The notes under the pieces were generated by a model that made no database searches, was not told where the DNA came from, and worked only from the letters and a program-made list of their open reading frames with translations. From Roseibacillus sp. (GTDB lineage: Bacteria; Verrucomicrobiota; Verrucomicrobiia; Verrucomicrobiales; Akkermansiaceae): a stretch of DNA of 64,000 bases. Below are positions 19,636 through 29,550 of the stretch, piece by piece (positions within the stretch are counted from its first letter, which is position 1; each line of letters begins with the position of its first letter). The stretch is taken from NCBI GenBank assembly GCA_965242925.1, contig CBDEUM010000029.1:407832-471831 (forward strand), written 5' to 3'. The position numbers and the translations under genes are program-made.

Positions 19636-20958
19636 CTATCCGAACAGCTTTGTGAGGGGCTGGCCACTCCGCGCCCCGAGCTTGAAGGGCCGTCGGCTGG
19701 GGGACATGAGAGTCAGGTCGTGGGGCACTCCCATGGCGAATCCGATGGTGGCGTTGAAGTCCGGTCCTGTGACCGGGCTTTCCGCCACGTTGGAACCGGT
19801 CTCATCGGTTTTTCCGTAAACCTGGCCCCCTTTGATTCCGCCCCCGGCGAGGAGGTAGGAAAAGGCCTTGGGGAAGTGGTTTCGCCCGGAACGTTCCTGC
19901 ACGATCTTGGGAGTGCGTCCGAACTCGGTGGCCACCACCACGAGGGTGCTCTCGAGGAGGCCCTTTCCTTCGAGATCCTGCAGGAGGGCTGACAATGCCT
20001 GGTCAAGGATGGGGAGTTTCTGCTCGCACTGATCGAAGTTGTCATTGTGCCAGTCAAAGCCGCCGAGTTCGACGTCGATGAAGCGGACTCCGCGTTCCAC
20101 CAGGCGGCGGGCGAGGAGAGCCCCCTTGGAGAAACTGTGGGCGCCGTAGGCGGCGTGAACCTTGGCGTTTTCCTTTTTCAGGTCGAAGGCCTCGAGGTCT
20201 TTGCTTTGCATGAGCTTGACCGCCTCCTCAAAGACCTGGTTGTAGGCCCGCACGTTTTTCTGTCCCTTGTGGAACTGCTCGTCGAACTGCTTGTCAAGGA
20301 GCTGACGGAGAGCGAGTTGCTTGTTGAACTGGGCTTCGCTGACCTGACGGAGTCGCCGCACATTCTGCAGCCCCGAGTTAGCATCCCCAACCGGGAGCGG
20401 TGCATACTGGGGCTCAAAGAACCCGGCCGCCGGATGGTTATTGCCCGAGCCGACGGTCACGAAGGATGGCAGGCTCTTGTTTGCCCGTTCCTTGAGCCGG
20501 GTGATCCAGGCCCCGTTGGAGGGGTGCACGATCGAAGCCCGCTGGGTGTAGCTGGTACGCATGAAATAGCGTCCCGGTCCGTGAGCTCCCTGGGTGGAGG
20601 TCATGGAGCGGACGAGGGCGATCTTGTCCGCCTGTCCGGCCAGTTTGGACATGTAATGGCCGAGTCGCACACCATCGGCCTTGGTCTTGATGGTTTCGGT
20701 TGGTCCCCGGAACTCATCGGGGGCCTCCGGCTTGGGATCGAAGGTGTCGAGGTGGGTCATGCCGCCAGACATGAAGAGGTAGATCACATTCTTGGCCTTG
20801 CCCCCACCCTCTGCCACGGTGGCAGGGTCGGCAGCGTGGGCGGCCGGAGAAAAAAGCTCTGCCGCACTTCCGGCGATGGTGACGCCCAGGCAGCCCCGGG
20901 CTGCGGAAGCCATGAAGGAGCGGCGGTCCAGTTCGTCGAGTTTGTTGAGGTCGGACAT
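19636..20958 (-). CDS. DUF1501 domain protein (Tat-exported)
   Basis: RRSFM Tat motif, LFMSGGMTHLDTFDPKP, LARRLVERGVRF, EFGRTP, GRNH. Confidence 0.92.
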   Translation of the reverse strand: MSDLNKLDELDRRSFMASAARGCLGVTIAGSAAELFSPAAHAADPATVAEGGGKAKNVIYLFMSGGMTHLDTFDPKPEAPDEFRGPTETIKTKADGVRLGHYMSKLAGQADKIALVRSMTSTQGAHGPGRYFMRTSYTQRASIVHPSNGAWITRLKERANKSLPSFVTVGSGNNHPAAGFFEPQYAPLPVGDANSGLQNVRRLRQVSEAQFNKQLALRQLLDKQFDEQFHKGQKNVRAYNQVFEEAVKLMQSKDLEAFDLKKENAKVHAAYGAHSFSKGALLARRLVERGVRFIDVELGGFDWHNDNFDQCEQKLPILDQALSALLQDLEGKGLLESTLVVVATEFGRTPKIVQERSGRNHFPKAFSYLLAGGGIKGGQVYGKTDETGSNVAESPVTGPDFNATIGFAMGVPHDLTLMSPSRRPFKLGARSGQPLTKLFG

Positions 20959-21009
20959 GGTGAGTGGAATGGGGGTTTTCAGATACGGAATGGTCGTGAA
21001 GGGGTAACC

Positions 21010-23040
21010 TTATTGCACGAAGAGGTAGCGCTTGGAGGTCAGCATGGCCCGCGCGAGGGTGAAGATGTCCTCCCGGTCCTCGGCGAGGGGAAGGAGGTCC
21101 TTCTTCTCGGTCTCGGAGGGGCGGCTGGCGTAGAAGGCCAGGAAAAGGTACTCAAGGCGCTGTTCGGGATTGGTGATTTCCGCCAGTGCCTCGAAGACCT
21201 TCGACCGTCGGCTCTCCGTGCTGGCTGCAACCTGTCCGTTCAGCAGGGTGAGGGCCTGTGGAATGGTGGCGGCGGTGTGGGCCGCTTCCGGGGTGTTGCG
21301 GTCGGAACCACCGAATTGCCGGACCATGTGACCAGCCTTGAAGGGGCTGGGGTGCTCGGAGGCCCGCATGTTGATCGCGGCCCGGGCCCCACCGCCGGAG
21401 CGGTTCATTGCCGCGCTGCTCATGCCCATTTCCTCCTGTTTCCTTTTTCCCTCCCGGCGCAGGGCCTGCTGGCGCTGCTTGAGACGTTCCACTTCCTTGG
21501 CGTTGCCTCCGGTCCTGGCCTTGGTCTGAGCGATCTGAAGTTCCCGGTACTTTCGCTGGTAGACCCGTCTCTGCTCGTCCATTTCCTTGGCTGCCCTGCC
21601 TGCCTCGAGGAGCTTGTTGGCAGAGAGGTTGAGGAGCCCGCTGATGTCACCCTGGTAGTTTTTCCATTTGTAATCCAGGGAAGTGTTGATGTTGTCGTCG
21701 GTGTTACCGAAGGCCAGCACGGTGAAGGAATCGTAGAGTTCCTCGGCCGACATCCGCCGGAGCTGGGGACCCACGAAATAGTAATCCGTGCCCGGGGTAG
21801 CTTCCACGGGTGAGACTTGCCGCTGGAAGAGCCTGGTGTGGTAGAGGATCCGCTCAAAGTCACGGGTCCGGTAGTTCACCCCCTTCATCACTTTCTCGAT
21901 GTAGGAGAGGACCTCCGGATGGGAACCCACCAGCTTGCTGTTCCAGTCGTCTACCGGATCAACCAAGCCGTGCCCGAAGGTGCGCCGCCAGAGCCGATTG
22001 GCGATGACCTTGGTGAAATAGGGGTTTTCGGTCGAAGTCACCCAGTCGGCAAAGACCCGGCGGCGATCTTCGGGCTTCACGTCCTTGACCTTGGCGCCGA
22101 AGAGGGTGGCGGGCTCGATGGCCTCGCCGGGGGCGGCGTCCTCGTACTGATAGTCGTCGGGGAGCTTGAGCTTCTGCTTGGCGGACTCGTCGATCTCGTT
22201 CCTGTTAAAATAGCGGAGGAGATAGCGCATGTCGCCACTGATCCGCCTGTACATGGTCTTCTGGGCCTTCGCTTTTTCGGCCTTGTTCTTGTTCTTGAGA
22301 GACCGGGTCATGCGAGGGTGATTTTTCTTCGCCTGCTCCGTGACCTTGCTGATGACCGTTCGTGCTTCCTCGCTGCGATAGGCAATTCCTCCGCTGAAGG
22401 CCGCCATCTCGTAGTATTCCATCTGAGTCCACTTGTCGAAAGGGTGGTCGTGGCACTGGGCACAGCCGATCTGGTGGCCGAGGAAGACCTGCACTGTATT
22501 GCTCACGTTATCGAGCAGCATGCCGCGGTCGCGGAGGTAGTATCCTACCGCGGGGTTCTTTGAAGCATGGCCCTCCGCGGAAAGCATTTCGTGGACAATC
22601 CTGTTCCAGGGCTTGTCGGAGGCCAGGGAGTTGCGCAGCCAGACGTGCCAGCCCAGCCCATACTGTTCGTCAGTCGTCTGGAGCCGGAGGAGGTCGGCGA
22701 AGTAATTGAAAACTGAGCTGTCATAGCCGGGAGAGGAGATCAGGCGCTCGATCAGGTGCGTGCGCTTGTCGGGCATCTTGTCATCGAGGAACCGGGACGT
22801 TTCCATCGCGGTGGGAATGCGGCCCACGATGTTGAGGAAGGTCCGCCGCACGAAAAGTTCGTCCGGGATAATCGGAAGCGGCTGCAACTTGCGTGCATCG
22901 AGGTCCTTCTCCAGCAATTGATCGATGGTGGAGGCCACCCGGAGAACCTCCTGCAGTTCCAGGGGCTTGGCGTGGGGAGCGGACCCGGCCACGAGAGTGG
23001 CGGAGCCGAGCACAAGAATGGTGCCTGTGATGCACTTCAT
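21010..23040 (-). CDS. DUF1549/DUF1553 (PSD1) domain protein
   Basis: FVRR..L..GRIPT, QVFLGHQIGCAQCHDHPFDKWTQ, NPYF..VIANRLW, RRMSAEELYDS, QALTLLNG. Confidence 0.92.
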   Translation of the reverse strand: MKCITGTILVLGSATLVAGSAPHAKPLELQEVLRVASTIDQLLEKDLDARKLQPLPIIPDELFVRRTFLNIVGRIPTAMETSRFLDDKMPDKRTHLIERLISSPGYDSSVFNYFADLLRLQTTDEQYGLGWHVWLRNSLASDKPWNRIVHEMLSAEGHASKNPAVGYYLRDRGMLLDNVSNTVQVFLGHQIGCAQCHDHPFDKWTQMEYYEMAAFSGGIAYRSEEARTVISKVTEQAKKNHPRMTRSLKNKNKAEKAKAQKTMYRRISGDMRYLLRYFNRNEIDESAKQKLKLPDDYQYEDAAPGEAIEPATLFGAKVKDVKPEDRRRVFADWVTSTENPYFTKVIANRLWRRTFGHGLVDPVDDWNSKLVGSHPEVLSYIEKVMKGVNYRTRDFERILYHTRLFQRQVSPVEATPGTDYYFVGPQLRRMSAEELYDSFTVLAFGNTDDNINTSLDYKWKNYQGDISGLLNLSANKLLEAGRAAKEMDEQRRVYQRKYRELQIAQTKARTGGNAKEVERLKQRQQALRREGKRKQEEMGMSSAAMNRSGGGARAAINMRASEHPSPFKAGHMVRQFGGSDRNTPEAAHTAATIPQALTLLNGQVAASTESRRSKVFEALAEITNPEQRLEYLFLAFYASRPSETEKKDLLPLAEDREDIFTLARAMLTSKRYLFVQ

Positions 23041-23282
23041 GGGGTCGCTAATACAGGTTTCGAGACGAGGAAAACAGCCTGATTGTCGGATGTTCAGACC
23101 TGATACGGATGAAACCCCGCAGGGCTTACGGAGTTGTGGCGGGAAACCACCACGATCCGATCAGGCGGAAGCAACTGGTGGCGGGTCCGGAAGGGTCAGG
23201 GCCAGCTGGGAGCGTCAGCTTGCCTTGTGTTCGTTTCGGGGACTACTCTTCCCCCATCAGACCTCCAATCCATGCCTGCCCA

Positions 23283-25580
23283 ATGGCCTGTCTCGGGTTT
23301 CTGGCCGTGTCGCTGGTTTTCGGGTCGGGGGCCGAGCCTCAGGAGGAGGTGACTCAATCCCGGGCTGATAGCGGAGCGTCTGTGCGTCCGTTCCTGGAAA
23401 ACCATTGCGTCAGGTGTCATGGTGCCAAGAAAGCCAAAGGAGGAATCCGCCTTGATCGCCTGGACGGACGTGTCGCGCAGGGCTACGATTTTGAGAATTG
23501 GGCGATCGTCCTTGAGCAACTGCGCGAGGGCGAAATGCCCCCGGAGGATGAGGATCAACCGGACGACGACGATCGGGTGTCGGTGGTGTCATGGCTTGGC
23601 GATGAGCTGGAGAAGGCGCATTCCTCCGATCGGATACGGTATTTGATGGGCCAGTTCGGGTATGGAAATCATGTCAGTCACGAGAAGCTCTTCAGCGGAG
23701 AGATTGACGATCGGCCGTTCTCCCCTGCTCGGCTATGGCGGATCAACCCGAACATCTACGATCGCACCAAGCAGCGGATCATTAAGCACCACTGGGAGGA
23801 GTTGCGTCGGGTGCGACAGCCCTTCGCCCTGGAGAAGAGGCCTGGAATCAACGATTACGCGGTGAATCTGCATGTGGACTCTGCGACGTTCGAAACGTTA
23901 CTGCGCAACGCCCGAACGATTGTTGAGCACCAGCTGAGTCGCGACGTCTCTCCGATCTTTCGCGCGGTTCTGGAATCGGAGAAGCCGAGCGATGAGCAGG
24001 TCGATGCGGCGGTGCAGCATCAGTTCAAGGCCCTGGTATACCGGCTGCCGGGGGAGACCGAGTTAAGGCGTTATCGGGAATACATGCTGCGTGCGATTGG
24101 TGAGGCGAAGAATGTGCGTGAGGGCCTGGCAGTCTGTTTGAAAGCAATCGCGCTGATACCGGAGGCGGTGTATCGCATGGAGCTGGGTCTTGGCCGGAAG
24201 GACGAGCACGGGCGACGGCGAATGTCAGGGAGCGAACTGGCCTTCGCGATTAGTTTTGCGCTCACCGACGATCCGCCGGATGCGGAACTCTGGTCAGCGG
24301 CTCGAGAGGGCGAGTTCAGCGCGGGGGAAGGGATCCGGGTGCAGATCGAGCGCCTGCTTGATGATGATGCGATCGCCAAGCCGAAGATCCTGCGATTCTT
24401 CCAGGAATTCTTCGGATATCGCCGTGCCCCCGATGTGTTCAAGGACGCCAAGCGCTACCAGAACTACGATTGGGGAATCGTACCGTATCAACTCGTGCAC
24501 GAGGCGGATTTGCTGGTGCTGCACATCCTGGATCAGGACAGGCAGGTATTGCGGGAGTTGCTGACGACGAAGAAATTCTATGTCGGGCACTTCGGTCCCA
24601 AGGGGGATCCGGTGGAGCTGGAGCAACGCCTGGTGGCTCTCCGCCTCCTCCATGACTACTGGATAGACAAGCCCTGGAAGAAACTGGATTACGAGCTCGA
24701 GTCCGAGGTTCGTGCGGATATCGAGGGATTGCATCCCTATTTCCGCACGCAACCGGCCAGGCACCGGATGAGCGGAGGGTTGATCAGAGACTACATGGAG
24801 TACCTGCCAGCCTGTTACAAGAGTGGGATCCGTCCCATGCTCGCACAGTTCACTCTCATGGAGGGGGAGCGCGAACGGAATCTGACTTCTGCCCACGACC
24901 AGCGGTTTTTCCTGAGGGCCTACAATCTGGAGACCGATCAGTTCGATTGTCCGACCAGGCAGCCGTTCGAACTCAATCCGGCACAACGGGCCGGACTGCT
25001 GACCCACCCGGCATGGCTGATTGCTCATTCGAAGAACACCGAAACCAATCCAATTGTCCGTGGGAAGTGGGTTCGCGAGCGTCTGCTGGCCGGGTATATA
25101 CCCGATGTGCCGATCACGGTGAGTGCGGTCATCCCGGAAGATCCGCACAAGACCCTGAGAGAGCGGTTTGCGCCGACGCGGCGGGCCGAGTGCTGGCGTT
25201 GTCACAAGAAAATGAATCCTCTGGGGATGGCGTTTGAAGCCTACGATGACTTCGGTCGTTTCCGGACCAACGATGAGGTGAACGGCAAACCGATCGACGC
25301 GAGAGGTCAGCTCGATTCGACGGGTGACCCCCGCCTGGACGGAAAAGTGGAGAGTGCAGTCGAACTGGTTCAGCGATTGGGAGAGTCGGAGCGCGCACGT
25401 CAGTCATTTGTGCGGCATGCGTTCCGGTATTGGATGGGACGTAACGAGATGCTCAGCGATTCGGCGACCCTGATGACGGCGGATGAAGCCTACCTCAGGA
25501 GCGGGGGCAGCTTCCGGGCTCTCCTGGTTTCCCTGTTGAGCTCCGATTCCTTTGTATACAGAAAGCGCATGGAAAAATGA
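23283..25580 (+). CDS. Planctomycete cytochrome c + DUF1592/DUF1588/DUF1585 domain protein
   Basis: HCVRCHG and MPP N-terminal heme domain; RAGLLTHPAWL, NPIVRGKWVRERLL, CWRCH, PLGMAFEAYD. Start uncertain; the ORF track begins at 23109. Confidence 0.88.
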   Translation: MACLGFLAVSLVFGSGAEPQEEVTQSRADSGASVRPFLENHCVRCHGAKKAKGGIRLDRLDGRVAQGYDFENWAIVLEQLREGEMPPEDEDQPDDDDRVSVVSWLGDELEKAHSSDRIRYLMGQFGYGNHVSHEKLFSGEIDDRPFSPARLWRINPNIYDRTKQRIIKHHWEELRRVRQPFALEKRPGINDYAVNLHVDSATFETLLRNARTIVEHQLSRDVSPIFRAVLESEKPSDEQVDAAVQHQFKALVYRLPGETELRRYREYMLRAIGEAKNVREGLAVCLKAIALIPEAVYRMELGLGRKDEHGRRRMSGSELAFAISFALTDDPPDAELWSAAREGEFSAGEGIRVQIERLLDDDAIAKPKILRFFQEFFGYRRAPDVFKDAKRYQNYDWGIVPYQLVHEADLLVLHILDQDRQVLRELLTTKKFYVGHFGPKGDPVELEQRLVALRLLHDYWIDKPWKKLDYELESEVRADIEGLHPYFRTQPARHRMSGGLIRDYMEYLPACYKSGIRPMLAQFTLMEGERERNLTSAHDQRFFLRAYNLETDQFDCPTRQPFELNPAQRAGLLTHPAWLIAHSKNTETNPIVRGKWVRERLLAGYIPDVPITVSAVIPEDPHKTLRERFAPTRRAECWRCHKKMNPLGMAFEAYDDFGRFRTNDEVNGKPIDARGQLDSTGDPRLDGKVESAVELVQRLGESERARQSFVRHAFRYWMGRNEMLSDSATLMTADEAYLRSGGSFRALLVSLLSSDSFVYRKRMEK

Positions 25581-26992
25581 GATCGGCGATGACGTCAAGA
25601 CGCAGGTTTTTCAGACAGCTATCGCTTGGTAGCAGCGGGATGTTGCTGGCGCCATTGATCCGCCAGCTCTCAGCGGAGGCCGCCGCCGCCCAGGAGGCGT
25701 TTCCACAACGGTTTGTGTTCCTGGTGAAGTCGAGTGGGCTCACGCCGTCTGCGGTCACGCCTGATGCTTTGCTCGACGTGGAGGTTGGAGGGGGGACTCC
25801 TTTCAGGACTGCGTTGAAGGATCACGCTCTGCCGGATTCACTGAAGGCCCTCGAACCATTCAAGGATCAGGTGGGTATTGTTCAGGGGTTTTCCGGCAAG
25901 ATGTGCCTGGCAGGGCATACGTCCTACTTCGGGGCAATGGGTGTCCACGCTTCTCCGAGCGAGACGTCGAGCGGGAACCCGCGGCGTGCCACGATCGACA
26001 CCCGCCTCTCGTCGAAATATCCAACTCCGTTCGGACATGTTGGTCTGGCCCTGCGTGGACGAGCGGTTGGTGGTGCGGGCGATCCGATTCCCGAAGGGAC
26101 TATTTATCCGGGACTTTCGGCGCTGGCAGCCGGAAGGGAACTTCCCTTTCAAGCAAGTCCGGATCAGGCCTACGACCAGTTATTCGGTTCTGCGATGGGT
26201 TCGGCTCAGGGACGCAAACGCTACGCCCTGGAATCCGGGATGCTCGATTTTCTCTCCGATGATATCAGGCGTCTGCGAAAAGAAATCCCCTACGCGGAAC
26301 AGGAGAAACTTAACCATTATCTGACCGCCTTCGAAGAGATGCAGGAGAGGCGGAGCAAGCTCGCTGTGATGGGAGAGATCATCAGGAAGGGAGCTCCGGA
26401 ATTGACGGACAAGTTCGCATCAGATCGCGGGATCGACCGGCTCGAGTCACATTTTGCGCTTGCCGCCTCATGTCTGATTACCGGGTTGAGTCATGGGGTG
26501 ACAATTCGCCTGGATAACCTCGAGCACGTCTACACCGGATTGGGGCTGACCGAACAGAACGTCCACGCGATTGGCCATGGGACTGGTTCGAACGGCCGGG
26601 ATGCCGATGAGTGCCGCGATGTCATTCGCGCCTACCACATCAAACTGATGGCCGGGCTGGCGGCGAAACTGCGAAGCATTCCGGAGGGCAGCGGAACGAT
26701 GCTCGACAATACGATGATCGTCTATTTCAGCGATGCAGGGGAAGCACATCACGGAGCCTTGCACGAGTGGCCGTTTCTGGTGGTTGGCGGCTGCGGCGGG
26801 CGATTGGCAATTCCCGGCCATTATATCAGGATGCCGGACTACGGACAGGTCGGACACGGTACGATTGGAAACCTCTACACCACGATTTTGAACGCATACG
26901 GGGATCCTGTCGTGCATTTCGGAGATCCGGATTTTGAGTTGGAGCGCCAGGGTCTTCCGCAGCGGGGAGCGGTGGCCTCCCTGATGGCCTGA
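25577..26992 (+). CDS. DUF1552 domain protein (Tat-exported)
   Basis: SRRRFF Tat motif, L.PLEPFK, LRSIPEGSGTMLDNT.IVYFSD..H; typical partner of DUF1592 genes; ATGA overlap. Confidence 0.88.
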   Translation: MRSAMTSRRRFFRQLSLGSSGMLLAPLIRQLSAEAAAAQEAFPQRFVFLVKSSGLTPSAVTPDALLDVEVGGGTPFRTALKDHALPDSLKALEPFKDQVGIVQGFSGKMCLAGHTSYFGAMGVHASPSETSSGNPRRATIDTRLSSKYPTPFGHVGLALRGRAVGGAGDPIPEGTIYPGLSALAAGRELPFQASPDQAYDQLFGSAMGSAQGRKRYALESGMLDFLSDDIRRLRKEIPYAEQEKLNHYLTAFEEMQERRSKLAVMGEIIRKGAPELTDKFASDRGIDRLESHFALAASCLITGLSHGVTIRLDNLEHVYTGLGLTEQNVHAIGHGTGSNGRDADECRDVIRAYHIKLMAGLAAKLRSIPEGSGTMLDNTMIVYFSDAGEAHHGALHEWPFLVVGGCGGRLAIPGHYIRMPDYGQVGHGTIGNLYTTILNAYGDPVVHFGDPDFELERQGLPQRGAVASLMA

Positions 26993-27071
26993 CCGGAGGC
27001 AACTCCTGCCCCGTATCTGCGGCACCCCTCATCCCGCCTTGCCAGGGGACCGGGAAATCCCCTAGGATTCC

Positions 27072-27485
27072 ATGATGGCGGCAAGCCTTCACGCCGGAAG
27101 CTCCGATCCTGCCCTGGCAGAGGGCATGAAATCCGGTGACCTGGCCGGCTACCTCAGGGAATTGACGGTGTCGGTGAATGCGAAAGTCCCGGTCAACCCC
27201 GCTCACCTCACGGAGAAGCGGGTGAAGGGCCTGTTCGAGGACCGCGTCTTCGCCAGTGCGCTCGCCCAGCGGCAGCTGATCTCCAAGTTCGGCCCCGCCA
27301 ACCTCACCGCCTTCATGGGCGAGGGAGAGCAGAATGAGCGGTTCCTCGGCTGGTTGCTCGGACACACCGAAGCGCTCGAGCTGGTCCTCAGGAAGGGGCT
27401 TCACACCCTCATCATCACGCGCTCCTCCGCCCAACGCGGGCTCGCTGTCCGGTATCTGGAACTGAGGAAGAAGGCGCAGGAGTAA
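27072..27485 (+). CDS. Hypothetical protein, possibly a truncated remnant
   Basis: 137-aa ORF with plausible codon usage; no family recognised. Confidence 0.45.
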   Translation: MMAASLHAGSSDPALAEGMKSGDLAGYLRELTVSVNAKVPVNPAHLTEKRVKGLFEDRVFASALAQRQLISKFGPANLTAFMGEGEQNERFLGWLLGHTEALELVLRKGLHTLIITRSSAQRGLAVRYLELRKKAQE

Positions 27486-27614
27486 TCGCGGGGTCTCGCC
27501 CCGGCCGGGGCCCGGACCGGGTGGGATTCGATCTGGCCTGCTACTGCGGACGGGGGATGGGAAAGCCGAATTCCCGTGACAACTGTTATTTTGAACAGTA
27601 TATGATCTGACAGC

Positions 27615-29150
27615 ATGATCGCGAAACTGCATAGTGCCGCGCTCCGGGGAGTGGAGGCGGTGGAAGTGGAAGTGGAGGTCAACTCACCGGGGACCGGGAC
27701 ACCCCGCATGGTGATCGTGGGACTGCCCGATGCGGCGGTCCGGGAGTCCGCAGAGCGCGTCACTTCTGCGGTCCATGCCTCGGCCCTCATCAAGGACGAC
27801 GGTGTGATTACGATTAACCTGGCACCCGCCGACCTGAAAAAGGAGGGGCCTTCCTTCGATTTGCCGATCGCGCTGGCGGTGGTGGCCTGTGCACACAACA
27901 GCCGTCTGGACGGGGCCGTTGATTGTCAGATTCTGGGAGAATTGGCACTGGATGGTTCGGTTCGTCCAGTGAAGGGGGTTCTTTCGGCGGCGATCGAGGC
28001 GAAAGCGCGGGGGAAGAGGCGCCTGCTGGTTCCGGAACAGAACGCGAGGGAAGCCGCGGCGGTCTCCGGCATTGAAGTCTTCGGAGTGCGTGGACTTCGT
28101 CAGGCCTGGGATTTTCTCAACGGGGACGAGGTGCTGGTCCCGGCAAGGGCGGGAGATTTGAAGGAATGCGGGGAGCGATGTTATCCAGTGGATCTGGAGG
28201 AAGTGAAAGGCCAGCCCCACGTGAAACGGGCTCTCGAGGTTGCGGCGGCAGGATCTCATAACCTGCTCATGGTGGGACCACCGGGAACCGGCAAGTCGAT
28301 GCTGGCAAAACGCATGCCGACCATCCTGCCGGACATGACGCAAGAGGAAGCGATCGAGACAACCCGGATACATTCCATCTCAGGCATTCTTGATCCCGGG
28401 GCAGGACTCCTGCGCACACGACCGTTCCGCAGCCCACACCATACGATTTCGAATGCGGGCCTGCTTGGTGGTGGAAGCAATCCGGGACCGGGAGAGATTT
28501 CGCTGGCGCACAATGGAGTGCTGTTCCTCGACGAGTTGCCGGAATTTCGACGTCAGACCCTGGAGGTGCTGCGGCAGCCGTTGGAGGACGGACAGGTGAC
28601 GATCTCCCGTGCGGCCGGAACCCTCACCTTCCCAAGCAAGGTTCTTCTGGTCGGCTCGCTCAACCCCTGCCCCTGCGGCTACTTTGCTGATCCGGTGCGG
28701 GAGTGCTCCTGTTCGCGACGCCAGGTGGAACGTTACCGGCAGAAGATCTCCGGACCTCTTCTGGACCGCATGGACCTGCACGTTGAAGTGCCGCTCATCG
28801 ACTTCAGGCAATTGTCATCCCGGGAGCCGACCGAAAGCTCTGAAACAGTGCGGGAACGGGTCCAGGAGGGTCGCGCCCGGCAGCAATACCGGTTCAGGGA
28901 TGCTCCGGGAGTAAGGGTCAACTCCGACATGGGGCCGGGGCAGGTGCGCAGGCATTGCGAACTCGATCGGGAGTCCTCGACCCTGCTGGAGCAGGCCATG
29001 GAGCAACTGAACTTTTCAGCCCGGGCTTATGACCGAATCCTGAAGGTGGCCCGCACGGTGGCAGACCTGGACGATTCGGATCTGGTTCGTGCAACCCACC
29101 TGATGGAAGCGATTCAGTATCGGAGCCTGGATCGCAAGTTGATGCCCTAG
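27615..29150 (+). CDS. comM: YifB/ComM family Mg-chelatase-like AAA+ ATPase
   Basis: IVGLPDAAVRES, NLAPADLKKEGPSFDLPIA, GPPGTGKSM, PFRSPHHT, AHNGVLFLDELPEF, NPCPCGY, SARAYDRILKVARTVADL. Confidence 0.96.
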   Translation: MIAKLHSAALRGVEAVEVEVEVNSPGTGTPRMVIVGLPDAAVRESAERVTSAVHASALIKDDGVITINLAPADLKKEGPSFDLPIALAVVACAHNSRLDGAVDCQILGELALDGSVRPVKGVLSAAIEAKARGKRRLLVPEQNAREAAAVSGIEVFGVRGLRQAWDFLNGDEVLVPARAGDLKECGERCYPVDLEEVKGQPHVKRALEVAAAGSHNLLMVGPPGTGKSMLAKRMPTILPDMTQEEAIETTRIHSISGILDPGAGLLRTRPFRSPHHTISNAGLLGGGSNPGPGEISLAHNGVLFLDELPEFRRQTLEVLRQPLEDGQVTISRAAGTLTFPSKVLLVGSLNPCPCGYFADPVRECSCSRRQVERYRQKISGPLLDRMDLHVEVPLIDFRQLSSREPTESSETVRERVQEGRARQQYRFRDAPGVRVNSDMGPGQVRRHCELDRESSTLLEQAMEQLNFSARAYDRILKVARTVADLDDSDLVRATHLMEAIQYRSLDRKLMP

Positions 29151-29340
29151 TGCAAATCCTGACTACCACGAACAGGCTGATCCCGTGGTGCTCCGCCGTG
29201 ATTCAGGTGTGTGAAAAAGGGCGAGGATTTCTCCTCGTCCCGCTCTTCCGGCGAAATCCGAAGCGGTTGCGATACTCGTGAAAAAACCGGTCCTGAACCC
29301 TGGGCCCAATTGCCGCTCCATCCACGAACCACCACGTCCG

Positions 29341-29445
29341 TCAATTCTCCTGCATCCGGACCCGCATGTGCTTCTTGTCAAGGCCGCTGCCTATGGCGTT
29401 GACCCGGATGCAGGTGACATTGGACGAAGCGGCTCCGGCAATCCT
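29341..29445 (-). pseudogene. Orphan 3'-end copy of the 33661 surface-protein gene
   Basis: Translates IAGAASSNVTCIRVNAIGSGLDKKHMRVRMQEN* versus IAGTASSNYTYTQVNAIGSGLDKKYMRVRVQEN* at 33661-33765. Confidence 0.9.
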
Positions 29446-29550
29446 CACCATCAGCTTGCTCTGCTGTAATCGAATGTGTGCCCTCTACGGATGTTGCGAA
29501 TTTTCGAATTCTCGAATCGCAACAAGTTCTGCGGGAAGGACAAGGATTTC

